From Octopus bimaculoides (taxonomy: Eukaryota): a DNA stretch of 44,201 nucleotides. The stretch lies in NCBI RefSeq assembly GCF_001194135.2, contig NC_068989.1, positions 56,446,231-56,490,431 of the forward strand. The letters run 5' to 3'. Below are positions 10,250 through 22,694 of the stretch, one piece after another (positions within the stretch are counted from its first letter, which is position 1; each line of letters opens with the position of its first letter). The translations under genes were made by a program, and so were the position numbers. The notes below the pieces were generated by a model. It had not been told where the DNA came from. It made no database searches and saw only the letters and a program-made list of their open reading frames with translations.

Positions 10250-12297
10250 TAGCTGGTGTACCCAGCGATTCTAGGGAGTAAAGATGTTCTATTGAAACGC
10301 CTTATTACTCTGATATAAGAAAGCAATTTCGTTATAGCTGCGATAAAAGATGCATTTTCTGTCGTGAAAAAGTACAAAAAACTGTCAGCTGGAGGAGGGA
10401 GAGATTGTTGGAGTTTGGCGAGAAAGTACTCTTGACTCATCGTGGTATTTTAAAGGTGAATCTTATGAAGGCTGATTTATCAAAGGTAATATATACATGT
10501 AGTATATGTATATAAATATATAAATATATGAATGAAATGTTTAATGTTTAAGAATGAAATGAAGAAAGTGCAATAATAATGTTCACACTCACTGATGGTC
10601 GCTCTCAGTAACTGCCTTTAGCTTATGGAGTTCTTGTTTTATAACTATCTAAAAGCAGCCAGAAGAATAGACATATTGTTGAGAACAAATGATTTTGTTG
10701 GAGGTCTGTTATTTCAATTTCAGCCCCTGGTGGTCTAGAAGAGGTTAGAAGGGTCAAGTGGCAAAGACATTATTCTGCTTAGTGAATGCATCTGGGAAAT
10801 GTATAAAAGCTGTCATTCACAGAAAAACTATTGTTTTACCGTGACAAAAACGCTGTTGAAGTGTTAAGTGAAATTTAGCAATCGAGGATCGAATCCACGC
10901 TATGCCTGCATGAAACTACTACAAATACGTTGTGGAATAAAAAAATTATCTACTGTCATGGAAAAAGTGTAACTGTAAGAATGCAGAATTATCGGAGTAA
11001 CGAGCATTCAAAAAAGTATGTATGTATAGAAATGTATGAATGAAGTCTTTAAGGTTTAAGATTCAAATCAAGGAAGTGCTATAATAATGTTTAGCAGTTC
11101 AAAACTGAGTAGTGAAATGCAGAATTAGGTCGGCTGATTGTGAGAATCAAATATTGATCACTTCGCTAAAAACTGCAGGTGGTATGGGTTATTTCCCTTG
11201 GGTTGTTTAAATAAAATATTAGTAATATGTAGTAAATAGAAGGATCCATTGGAGAGCCTCTATTATCGAATTCTTTTCAACAATCTAAGTATGTCACAAG
11301 GTTTCCAGACATGAGTTCTACTCACATGTCAAATAAAGTATAAAATTGATATTGTCTGCAAAAATTAGAAATTGGACACACAAAAAAATCAAAGTAATCG
11401 AACATAAACAATGAAACCTGTAAAATGTTTCTAAATTCAATGGCTCAATTAGTTTCATGAAAATGTTGTATGAACTATAAATAAACAATAAATATCATGA
11501 TTTGTAAAATAAGTATAAGTGATACAGGGTGTCCCAACTGAATGTGGTGTGGAAGTTTGGTTTCATTTTTTAAGAATTTTAAGCATTCAAAGTATGAGTT
11601 CATTGTATTGGGACATACTTATTAATTATGTTCTGGAATCAAAAATTTATGCATTGTCATCGAAAAATTTTAACTGGAAAAATGCAGAATTATCGGAGTT
11701 ATGGGCATTGAAAGTGTACATGCATCAAGAAAGAGCAATAATAAGGTTTAGCAGTTCAAAACTGTGAGTAGTGAAATGCAGAATTAGGTCCGCTGAATCT
11801 GGAATCAAAAATTTATGTACTGTCATTGGAAACGTTTTACTGGAAAAAATGCAGAATTATCAGAGTTATGGCATTGAAAGTGTACACGCATCAAGAAAGT
11901 ACACTAATAAGGTTTAGCAGTTGAAAACTTTGAGTAGTAAAATGCAGAATTAGGTCCGCTGATTGTGAGAATCAAATACTGATCGCTTCGCTAAAAACTA
12001 ACAACTGTAAGTGCAGGTGCTATGGGGCATTTCCCTTGAGTGTTTAAAAAAATATTGTGCAGGTGGTGTGGGTTATTTCCCTTGAGTGTTTTAAAAAAAA
12101 AAGTTATATGAGATAGATATAAAGGTCCTTCCAGGGGCCGTATTATTGATTTTTTTCAACAATCTAAGTATGTTACAAAGTTTCCAGACATAAGTTCTAC
12201 TCATGTGTCAAGTTTCATAAAAATTAATAAAACGATGTAGGAGGAGTTAGCTAACAACTCCACAAACACACACTGATTTTCCACAAATGTAATAGAT
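10247..12297 (+). mobile_element. Non-autonomous Helitron-like element inside a (TA)n tract
   Basis: 5' TACTAGCTGGTGTACCCAGCG; 3' aagtttcataaaaatt...GGAGTT-agctaac-AACTCC hairpin (12243-12261), CA-rich stretch, then TAATAGAT; (TA)n on both sides; internal repeats; no TIR, no ORF. Confidence 0.65.
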
Positions 12298-12782
12298 ATA
12301 TATATATATGTATTATATATATATTTAAATATATGGATATGTACATCATATGGAGTATATAATTTTGCTGAATTGAGGACAGGAACACTGAAATAGTTTA
12401 GTGAAAGAAAGAGGTATAGTAAAAAAATGCTTGAGAAGCACTGACCTAGGCTATTCATTCATTGTTAATAGTGATGATAAGAAAGTTTCATTCTTCTTCA
12501 TATTTTTAACTGCCTACCACCTACCTACCGTTTATCAATTATATGTTAATTTGATGAAATTCTGTCATAAACACAACCTCAAAACTCTACTGGATAATCA
12601 TTGTATAAATGAGTTGTGGCTCTCACAACCACGTTAACATTTTTAATTAGTATTCTTGTGCTAGTTCCACAGTAAAAGTACAGCTTTGAAGATAAGAGCA
12701 ATCATTTTTATTTGTCATTCCAAGATATCTAGTGTTTTAACCATGAGACTTGATTCCACAATGAGATTAAATACATGTCTTT

Positions 12783-13013
12783 TTAACCCTTCTGTTACCA
12801 TATTTCTGTTGAAATACTCTACCTTCGTTTCAATTAATTTTGAAAGCAATGAAGAATTTATTAAAATAATTGCATTCTTATTAAGCTTGAGTTTGGAATG
12901 TAAATTATCGTGAAATTTTGATGGCAAAATTTTGATTTAGATCATTTTAAAACAGCAAATTTGTATCATAGAACTAAGGGCGGTCTCAGATGGGGTGGTA
13001 TCAAAAGCGTTAA
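12783..13013. mobile_element. TTAA-flanked MITE family B, copy 1
   Basis: TTAACCCTTCTGTTACCA...TGGTATCAAAAGCGTTAA; homologous in opposite orientation to 39941-40166 and partly to 18365-18522. Confidence 0.75.
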
Positions 13014-16000
13014 ACACAAATATATATCCATAACTCATGCTATTTGGTGCTTGTTACACTTCTTCTAGGTATGCCTATACTCTAGGTACATTTCTTCAAT
13101 ACAGTTTATTTGTTTATTTTCATCTTCTCTCTCTTACATATTCTTGTTTCTACTTCATACTCTAATTACTTTGTAAACCTGTAATCATCTCCGAGTCTTA
13201 TACAGAGAAAGACTTCTGAAATAGTCATTACATGATAGAGGATACTCAGAGTTCTTAAAGACAAATTTTCTGTTGTTTACACACACACACATACATACAT
13301 ACACACACATACATACACACATAAAAGGTCTGGATTATTTTAGTGAGTAGCAATAGTTATTCTAGACCTAACTCAATCCCTATTATTCACCCTTGGGTGC
13401 TTGTAGTGCATGCTCATTCTGTCGCAAGCATATGGACAAGACTCACCGGTTAGGAATAACACAGCCTTCTAATGTGCTACTTTCGGCTATATTTTCCTTT
13501 GTGTAGATTCACTAATTATCAGGGAGTACCAGAGAGAGGCCTGTCACCAGCTGGTGCAGAGGCTTGAACATATCAAGTAACACTTCAAGAGACTTCTGTA
13601 TTAACTGCTACATAATACTGTACCACTGTCACCCCGCTATTTCTCTCAGTTCATGACTGACACCCCTCATAAGTGAGCCTACCTGAACTCATTGACTTCA
13701 GGGATCAACAAAGCTGTTAAGGCCAACTAATTTAACATTGTTTTCTTCTTCCCCTCCTATACCAGACCTATGGCAAATCAGCTAATTAGTTGGAGCTTCA
13801 TTAGTTCTACACTGATTAACTCTGGCAATAAGTCAGCTTCCTCGCTGACCTATCCAACATAGCTAGGTGGGAGGGGACAAGGGATTAATTAATACTAAGC
13901 TATCCCACTATTTCTTACTAAATTTCTTTATTACTTAAACTATTGTTTAATTATCTTTTCCATAAATCATTTTTATTTGCTTGCTTTCTTTCTTTTTTCT
14001 TTCCCTTGACTAGATAAAAAAAAAATCTGACATACAAAGGTAAATGAAATAATTATAATAGGCCAGATGACAACCATAACACCAATATACAACTAACAGA
14101 AAGACTTATAAAGATTCAAATAGATAATAAAAGAAAACAGTAGTTTTACAATTATAACATTTTTAACAATGAAGTCTTTATCAAGTCTTAGTTAGCTGAA
14201 TAGTTATATCCACAATATAACACAATCCGTCTATCTCAAATTGAATTTGTTTTGCGCAAACAAAATATAAACTTTCAACTGTGAGAAGAGAAACTATCTT
14301 TGGCATTTTATTTCATTTAAATGTACATTGATTGTATATCATCATTATCAAGCATCATTTTACATCTATTTTACATGATAGCATGGATGAGATGGGTCAC
14401 ATGGTTGCAGTCAGCACATGTTCAGTGGTACTGCTCATTTAGTAGGTCAGGGGATCTAATCTCACTAGCGTTTAATTTTTGGCTTAGTTTCTGCTGCTCC
14501 TAATACCAACTTAATTTCCAGAATGTACTGGGTGTTTTTCTTGTGCCACCAGTGCTAGAGAGACTAAAGAATAACATTGAAATGTTATTGGAAAGATCTA
14601 TAAATCTTAAATAGTGAAAATACCCTCAGATGTGATGCTCAACTTCTGAATCAAATAAGATGTTGCAAATAATCAGTCTCTAAATAAATTAGCTATTTAA
14701 CCCCCACAGTAACCCTGAATAGATGCATTCCATCTGTGATCATCCACTTTTCTTGTTTTTCTACAGCCCATATAATCCAATGCATTCTTGTTTTTTTTTT
14801 TTCAAAGATGGTAGAGTGTCATTTGAATGAAATTTGGCTGCTCATTCTAGCAGGTCAGGCTCTACACAGAGGCTCCATGTTGATAATGTGGAGTCTCAGG
14901 TAGTATAAAACATTACAATATACTATAATTGGCTTGTAATAAGGGAAGGAAAAATTAGACTTTGTCTTTGGCCCTCCTAATTATGGATACTTAGTTCTGA
15001 ATACCAAATACAAATTGTATTTGACTGTAACTGTTTTATTTTTTTGTTCAGTTCTTCTTTATCACAAGGACTACTAACCATTTTGGTTAAGACAAATACC
15101 ATCCTTGGTTCTCTGGATCACACTAGGAATCTTGTGTTAATGACCTCTAGCTAAATTAACTTAATTTTGTGTTTTCCCTGTAGCTTTAAAACAAAGAAAG
15201 AAACACTTACAACTGTTAATTCTTGCATGATGTATTGTTTAAAAATTAGTTCTAGTGTACTAGTCTCATTTTGATCAAATGTTGTGCCAATGAATTCAGA
15301 TTTGTTTTTTGTTTTTGTTTTTTTTTGCATTAGAAAAATTTTTTTTTTTTTAAATAAGTGTTGTGGTTAACATTAAAGCATTGTTATGTGACAGTGAAAA
15401 AACTTCAGTCCTTCCTTTGTGAAGAATGGTAACATTGTTCACCATATGTAAGGTAGAGGGGTGCAGCAGTAGCATTTCTCCTCACAACTGCTCTACTCTG
15501 AAGGAGTGTGAAGAATAACACAGATGAATCATAAATTAGGAGGTTAGGGACTGCTGAAGACATGAATTGGTTAATTTCTGTTTATTTAAATAAAGAAGAC
15601 CACATGAATTGCCTTCAAGTGACTGTGGGCGTTTTAAATAGCTGAATAATATTTAGGCTGACAAGGGAGTGGAGTAAATCCTCTTTGTTAGTTAGTATTA
15701 CTTTATTAAGGACTATTTCCTCACAAAGTTCTGGGGGCACCAAGAATTCCTATTATGAATAACTAGTCGAGGATTTTCCAGCCTAATTTTTTTAAAATTA
15801 AAACTCTTGTTGATACATGCAATGTAGTACAAATGAGAGCTTGATCATCTAAGGACATCACATAGTCTTTAACTCTTTTGATAGTAATCATCCTGTGACC
15901 ACCACCCTTAGTTCTACAACACCTCTAAAATCAAGTTACAAAACTTCAATCTTAATAGCCTAAAAACCATTATAAACCAAAATTGTAACTCCTACTTCAA

Positions 16001-16399
16001 CTCATAATTTGAAAAAGTAATATAATAATCAATAATATCAATACACCAACTTGTTTTTGTACGTCCGTACCTGTGGTGTGTGTCACACTTACTTCAAAGG
16101 AAGAAGTGAGTGGCAAAGTGGGAGAGAGGACAGAGAGGAAGTGAGAGAGAAAGAGAGAGTGAGAGAAACAGTGAGTGGTGACGGTGTTTGTTTTGTGTTT
16201 TTAAATGTTTATCACATCGCAAGAAAAGTTGATACATAGATACATACACACATTGTTAAATTAAAAGCAGGAGAGAGGAGGGACACAGAGGAAGAAAGAG
16301 AGAAAGTGAGAGAGAGACAGTAGATACATAGACAAATTGTTAAATCAAAGACAACTACAGCAAATATTAGATGTCACTTTCACTTTTCATTACCACACA

Positions 16400-16530
16400 A
16401 GGATAAAATTAACTTACAAGTGGCTGAGTACCATTACCGTAGTTCTCAGGGAGATTCAGCCTCACACAGAATATGACAAGGCTGGCTCCTTTGAATTACA
16501 GCTACAACTCATTTTGGTGAGCTGAGTGGA
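16400..16530 (-). mobile_element. SINE family S3 3' fragment
   Basis: Homologous to 16920-17065 (ggctgagtac...attcagcctcacacagaa..tgacaaggctg). Confidence 0.7.
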
Positions 16531-16919
16531 CCAGAGCAAGATAAACCATCAAGTGATTGGAAGAAAATGAAAAAAGATCCTGTATAGGGGCAGGAAAATC
16601 TTTTTAGTCGTTAGGGTCACTATAGGTGTTAATCTGGTCCTAACAGCAGTATTTGTGGGTCTCACAGATCTGGAGGCCAAGCCCCCAGATAAACACTAAT
16701 GTGAAGACTGTTGTTATCAAACTGAGCGTGAGTCAAGGGCGGATACACGATGGAATAGCAATTATTTTGTCTTAGCTTTCACTGCTTATACTGAACGCAT
16801 GACATTTTTGCCTTATGATATGGAACAATTCCTTTTCTTTCACTCTTTTTAAAAATTGGCACTCTGTCAGTTTTGACAATGAGGTTCCTGTTTATCTGAT
16901 CAATGGAACAGTCTGCTCA

Positions 16920-17168
16920 TAAAATTAATGCGCAAATGGCTGAGTACTCCACAGACATGCATACCATAATCTGGGACATTCAGCCTCACACAGAAAGTGA
17001 CAAGGCTGACCCCTTTAAAAATACAGCTACAACCCATTTTTGCCAGCTGAGTGGACTGCAGCAAGGTGAAGTAGAGTACCTTGCTCAAGAACACAGTACA
17101 CCGCAAGAATCGTACTCATGACTTTATGATCTTGGGCCGAATGCCCAAAACCACTGAGCCATGCACTC
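16920..17168 (-). mobile_element. tRNA-headed SINE family S3, near full length
   Basis: Minus strand: gcatggctcagtgg head, gtgttcttgagcaagg central motif, gtccactcagctggcaaaaatg body. Confidence 0.8.
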
Positions 17169-17684
17169 TCTTAACTGTAGCAAAAAGGAGTGAAGCGAGA
17201 GAGACAGAGAAAGGAAAGCATCAGTCATTTACAATGACAAATAGACTGATATACGATTGATCTTTTCTAGCTTTTTTTACTTTTAACAATGAAGAGGGAA
17301 AGACATTTAGTAATGAATAGAGGGGTAAATCTTTCAGGAGTTTACATTTTTTTTTCTGGGAGTTCTAGAACGATCGAGTGTTAGTTCTCTCTTCTTTCCC
17401 CCCGCCTCTGGTACTTATTCACATTGTTTCATAGCTCTTCAGGTCTTTTAGTTGGGGGAAAAACCATGTTTCTTTTTCAGGCACGTTTAATGTTTTCTCT
17501 ACAAACAACAAACAAGCCCGCCTGCTTCCCTTCCTTTTCTTTTTCATACAAAAGCTAATGCAAATTTTGAACGGGGTATAACTGTGAAAAGAGCCCAGAA
17601 AAATGGGTAATAACCCCTACAAAATGGGTGAGGGAGAAAAGTTGCCAACAGGTGGCTACACGAAATTCAACTCTATACTTTAAA

Positions 17685-18018
17685 AAGTGCCTTCTACCAT
17701 AGCCTCGGACCAACCAAAGCCTTGTGAGTGAATTTGGTAGATGGAAACTGAAAGAAGCCCGTCATATATACGTGTGTGTATGTGTGTGTGTGTGTTTTGT
17801 GTCTGTGTTTGTCCCCCCACCACCACCACCATTGCTTGACAACTGATGTTGGTGTGTTTGCATCCCCGTAACTTAGCTGTTCAGCAGAAGAGACTGATAA
17901 AATAAGCACTAGGCTTACAGGGAATAAGTCCAGGGGTCGATTTCTTCAACTAAAGAGTAGTGCTCCAGCATGGCCACCATCAAATGACTGAAACAAGTAG
18001 AGGAAGAATAAAAGAATA
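17685..18018 (+). mobile_element. SINE family S1, 5'-truncated
   Basis: Same body, (TG)n and tail as other S1 copies. Confidence 0.82.
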
Positions 18019-18364
18019 CCAGAAGAATGTTTTCCATACCACTAAACCAAGGTTCTTTGAATATATGTGATGTATTTTAAGGCTAAATAGTAATTCTGTT
18101 TACGTTTTTGCTTGGATTATATAGTTATTGGTTTTACACTTCTTTCTATATTCTGTAACTATCACAATATAGAAACATTTCTCATGGTACCAGCACACAA
18201 TTTACAGATGCTTACATTTTCTATGTTTTCAATGAATTTTTCACAGGTCCAGCTAGCTCCTATTAATACGCCTACAATTCATAAACTCTTAGTGTAGTCA
18301 TTAACATGTCACCAAATAAATCTCACCAACAACAATAAATCTTTTTTTTTTTTGCTTTAAAGTA

Positions 18365-18522
18365 ATCCAAATTAAAACCTTCCATCAAAATTTCATGTTA
18401 ACTTAAGTTACAAACACTAGCTTAATACAGAGAAAGTTACTTTACTAAAATTCTCCATATAAAATGAAATAAAACTACTATACTTCAGCATAATTATAAT
18501 AGCAAAATGGCTAATAGGGTTA
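18365..18522. mobile_element. MITE family B partial copy
   Basis: aaaccttccatcaaaatttcatgtta shared with 40020-40050; ends in AGGGTTAA. Confidence 0.55.
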
Positions 18523-18934
18523 ATCTCTGCCAATCCAACAGGTGACTAAAAGGAACTTATGTAATTCATTTAAGACCAGGATCCAAATTCATTTTACTTG
18601 TCAACTTAGTTGTTCTGCTTTCCCACATTTACAGTTTTATAACCATTTGACCATCCTACTCTAGTTTAGAATTGTCATCATTGTCACCACCATCACCATA
18701 ATCATCTTTGTTTTAATGTCCACTTTTTCATGCTTGCATGGGTTAGCTGGAGTTAATTGAGGCAGATTTTTTACAACCAGATGCCCTTCCTGTTGCCAAT
18801 AGTTATCTGTTTCCAAGGCTAGGTAATATTTCCCCCATGGCCAAATCCTTTTCATAAAATACTGGAAATGAATGACATTCATTTACAACAATCACACAGT
18901 ATGAAGACAAGGAAACATACACACACACATACAT

Positions 18935-19088
18935 CAGGCTTTTTGAGTTTCCATTTACCAAATCCACTCACAAGCCTTTAGTTGGCCATGGGTTACATTA
19001 GAAGACACTTGCCAAAGGTACCATGCAGCGGAACTGAACCTGAAACCATGTGCTTGGGAACAAACTTCTTAACCACACAACCACGCCT
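18935..19088 (-). mobile_element. SINE family S1 5' half
   Basis: Reverse complement of ggcgtggttgtgtggttaagaagtttgttccc...ggttcagttcc...ggcaagtgtcttct. Confidence 0.8.
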
Positions 19089-20084
19089 AAGTCAATGTCT
19101 TTTTTTTGTTTCTTGAAAATTTAAACATCCATAAATTGTAGGAATAATGGCTCATTTCTATAAGAAAATGAAAGCAATGATAGTTTTAAAAAAGTATTTA
19201 TTCAATATCACAGCTTTAGTAAACTCTAAAGCTAAAATAATAAATAAATATGTTTCTTTTGAATTGCAGTTGTAGCGGTAATTCCTTCTCTACTTAAATT
19301 TATTTAAGGTTTCAAGTAAGCTACAAGACCTTGTAAATATTTTCACGACTAATTAACACTTGCAGGAGAGGTGTCTGCTAACTATCTAAACAGACAAGCA
19401 ATGACAGTCACATCATTGCTGTTGTTTAGATTAAGGTCAACCTAGATCCAGGAGCTCCATAATCAAACTTGTTCCAACCAGGACAATTCCATCTTTTATT
19501 TAGACATAGTATATTCAAGATTACAATTTCTGATATATCTTTTTTGTTTTTACTCTTTTTTTTAAAGGTAGGATGCGAGTTAAAGGGAATTGGCTGTTAT
19601 TTCTAGCAGGTCAAATAACTATGTAACAACTCTTCTATTTGGTCAATCAGAGTTATCTACCTTTATTCGATGTAATAGATAACGGAAATCTCCTAAACTA
19701 ATGGATCTTATTGTTTTTAAAATTGTATCTAAATTATAGATACGAAGAAAGGCGGTGCCCATGACCCTCCACAGGGCTTCTGAGACTGGTAGGAAGGAAA
19801 GAGGGAGAAAAGTATCCTTAGACCAGAGATCTAGTTTGAATATTTGCTATAGAGGGACTCTGATAAACGCACCCATATTGCCAGGTAGTGGTGTTAAAAT
19901 AGGTAATGAATTAAGTTTATATATTTTTGTAGAAAAATATAAATAAATAGTTAATGACTTCTTTGCATCATACACACACACACATGCACGCACGAAATGA
20001 TGAAGCTGCTCTTTTTTGTTTTCTAAATGAAGCAGATAGCAGAAAGAACAGCAAAAACACACACACACACATTTATACATATAC

Positions 20085-20290
20085 TATCATCATTAAATGT
20101 CCGTTTTCCATCCTGGCATGGGTTGGACGGTTTGACAGGAGCTAGCAAGTCAGAAGACAGACTGCACTAAGCTCTGCTGTCTGCTTAGAAATGGTTTCTA
20201 CAGTTGGACGCCTTCCCTAATGCTAACCACTTTACAGTGTGTAGTGTGTACTGGGTGCTTTTCTATGTGGCACTAGCAGTAGTGTAGTCT
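20085..20290 (-). mobile_element. RTE LINE 3' tail fragment
   Basis: catcattaaatgtccgttttccatcctggcatgggttggacggtttgac, same family as the other tails. Confidence 0.8.
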
Positions 20291-20444
20291 CTAAGTAACT
20301 TGCAAGGCCAGACACCATCAACTGAGAGCAAGAGGAGTACTGAGGGAGGTGGCTTTGTGCCAGTGATAAGAGGTTAGAATTTGAATAGAGGACAGAAATA
20401 GTGTCTTGCAGTACAGGAGATACATGGCTATCTCAGTAGGAGAG

Positions 20445-20458
20445 AAGGAGAGAGGGGG

Positions 20459-20489
<31 letters not shown>

Positions 20490-20580
20490 TAGAGAGAGAG
20501 AGAGAGTGGGAGAGAGATATATATATAGAGAGAGAGTGGTGGAGTAAAAAAGTACAGAGAGAGAGAGAGAGAGAGAGAAG
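20445..20580. repeat. Compound (GA)n/(TA)n microsatellite
   Basis: Direct reading; explains the low-complexity ORFs 20318..20720. Confidence 0.95.
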
Positions 20581-20728
20581 ATGGTGAAGAAATGACAGGT
20601 GGTGGATACACTTAAATTACAGAGAGATGTATATAAGTAATGTAGAGCCAAGGACCAGCTAGGGTGAAGGGTTAAGTTCAAGAGATTGCAAAAGGAGATT
20701 GGGAGATGGAGGGGAGACAATACTTCGT

Positions 20729-21030
20729 CAGTGGTTTCAAAGGTGGGTGATACTGCCCTCCTGGGGGCGGTAGAAAGATCAGGAGTGGGATGTTGAAGAA
20801 AAGTGGGGAGATAATGGGGTATCCAAAATGGAGCAATGGATGTAACCCCCCACCAAAAAAAATAAAATAAAATAATGGGTTAATTAGGTTATGTTTTATT
20901 TGTGAAATACAGTTGTTCTGAAACTGTTGCAGACAGTAGTGTGTTTATGGTGGTATGAGGAGGAGGCGGGGCTAGGAATTTGGCCTGAGTGCCAAGGGGG
21001 TGGCAAACTGAAAAAGTTTGGGAACCACTG
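20729..21030. mobile_element. hAT-type MITE (302 bp)
   Basis: Ends CAGTGGTTTCAAA and TTTGGGAACCACTG resemble Charlie/Buster-type TIRs; the 8-bp TSD is not preserved (tacttcgt vs gtttatgt). Confidence 0.65.
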
Positions 21031-21656
21031 GTTTATGTCAATCCCAGATTGAAGAGAAAGACATATGCATGGCAAACATGGTACCTGATGACCAACTGAA
21101 ATTGAATTTAAAAGTAGTATAGATGTAGTAACTTGATGTATTAAGTATAATACACAAATATAAGTATCAAAATATTCATGTAATCAGGTGATAGCCACTG
21201 GACTCTATGTGAAGCACAAGTCGCTCTAATTCAAGAGTAATCTGATAAAGAGTAATCTGATAAGTTGCTTGGAAACAAAAGTTGTATAAAATGGTAATGA
21301 AAAAAAAATGCTCACATCATCAATAAGAGTAAATGATTTGATGAAGGTCAAAGGATGAGTTAGTGAAAAAAAGAGATCTTTTGATAACTGTCTGATTATC
21401 ACTGAAATATTTGAATGACAAAAGACCAAAGTATAATAAAATAAAAGTTCATTATCATCATTAACATCTCTTTTCCATGCCTGCATAGGTCAGAAAGAAT
21501 TTGTTGATGCAGATTTTCCAGAGCTGGATGCCTTCACCTGTTTCCAAGTAAGGTAATATTTTATCAGAGTCAGGCATATTTGTCATAGAATATTGGAAAC
21601 AAATTCTGATGCATGTTTACAATTATCATAGGACATCAAGACAAGAGTATGTGTAT

Positions 21657-21696
<40 letters not shown>

Positions 21697-21819
21697 CAAG
21701 CTTCTTTCTGTTGACCAAATCCACCTTACATAGCTTTGGTTTGCACAGGGCTTTAGTAGGAAACACTTGTCTGTACATTGGCAGAGACAAAGATGGACTG
21801 AAAAAGATTAAAAAGCACA

Positions 21820-22040
21820 GGTGCTGGTGCCACATAAAAAGCACTGGTGATGGTGCCACATAAGAAGCACACAGTACATTCTGAAAGGTGGTTGGCATTA
21901 GGAAGAGCATCCAGCTGTAGAAACCAGGCCAAAACAGACTATGGAACCTGGTGCAGCCCTTGGCCTTGCCAGTTCCTGCCAAGCTGTCCAACCCATGGCA
22001 GCATGGAAAACAGATGTTAAATGTTGTTCATGATGATGAT
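21820..22040 (+). mobile_element. RTE LINE 3' tail fragment
   Basis: ggtgccaca..aagcac units, ggttggcattaggaagagcatccagc, (GAT)n end. Confidence 0.8.
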
Positions 22041-22441
22041 GCAATGATTTAGCACAAAGATCTTTGAATGCATTTTTGTGTCTGTTTTACTATGCTGGCA
22101 GGAGTTGGATGTGGTTCATGGTATATCACCTCTCATCACATGTCTTTGGTACCTGACGTAGGCAGCAACAGAAGAAACTGCTAATCTCTACTGATATGAT
22201 TTATGCTACTTTGCTGACATGATTTTAACAGCTGGAACTTATGCCTTTTGCCAACCACTGTACACCAATGACTGAATGCATCTAACTGGGCTACGGGTAT
22301 TATGAAGATGAATTTATCAACAGGAATAATACAGCATTTAAAGTCAACAGATGTTATTTAATTTGCAAAACATTTTTGTGATGGACTGAAACTTGAGTGA
22401 GACTTAGAAAAAAGAAACAATCCAACAAGGATTCTATAGTA

Positions 22442-22658
22442 TTGATTACAAATATTTTTTGGCACAAGGCCAGCAATGTCGGGGAGGGGGTCAGTTGATT
22501 ACCTCAACCCCAGTACTAAACTGATACTTATTTTATCAACCCCGAAAGGATGAAAGGCAAAGTTGACCCTAGCAAGACTTGATCTCACATCCCAGACAGA
22601 CGAAATACTTCTAAGTATTTTGCCTGGTGTGCTTACGATTCTGCCAGCTTGCCACCTT
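22442..22658 (-). mobile_element. tRNA-headed SINE family S2 with 14-bp TSD
   Basis: Head aaggtggcaagctggcagaatcgtaagc; AGGATTCTATAGTA repeated at 22428-22441 and 22659-22672. Confidence 0.9.
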
Positions 22659-22694
22659 AGGATTCTATAGTAATAACAAGACATAAGTACTTAC

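Noticed and set aside
12350-12387. Short frame VPVLNSAKLYTPYD after a good acceptor
   Set aside because: YTPYD resembles LTPQD only superficially; weak donor and wrong length.
12715-12927. 70-aa protein-like ORF (MPSKFHDNL...)
   Set aside because: Lies largely within MITE family B; the homologous copy at 39941-40166 shows no corresponding ORF in the track.
15211-15300. Open frame ending at a GTAAGT donor (SEFIGTTFDQNETSTLELIFKQYIMQELTV)
   Set aside because: No acceptor (upstream is A-rich on the minus strand) and no SMC6 similarity.
19745-19900. GC-richer patch with LPILTPLPGNM on the minus strand
   Set aside because: No splice-site frame or SMC6 motif context; probably an unassigned repeat fragment.
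20318-20720. Leu/Ser-rich ORFs (also 33792-34270)
   Set aside because: Translations of (GA)n/(TC)n microsatellites.
21316-21401. Strong acceptor plus GTGAGC donor around IIRQLSKDLFFSLTHPLTFIKSFTLIDD
   Set aside because: No resemblance to the SMC6 head, and its phase-1 start does not fit the phase-0 upstream exon. A cryptic exon cannot be excluded.
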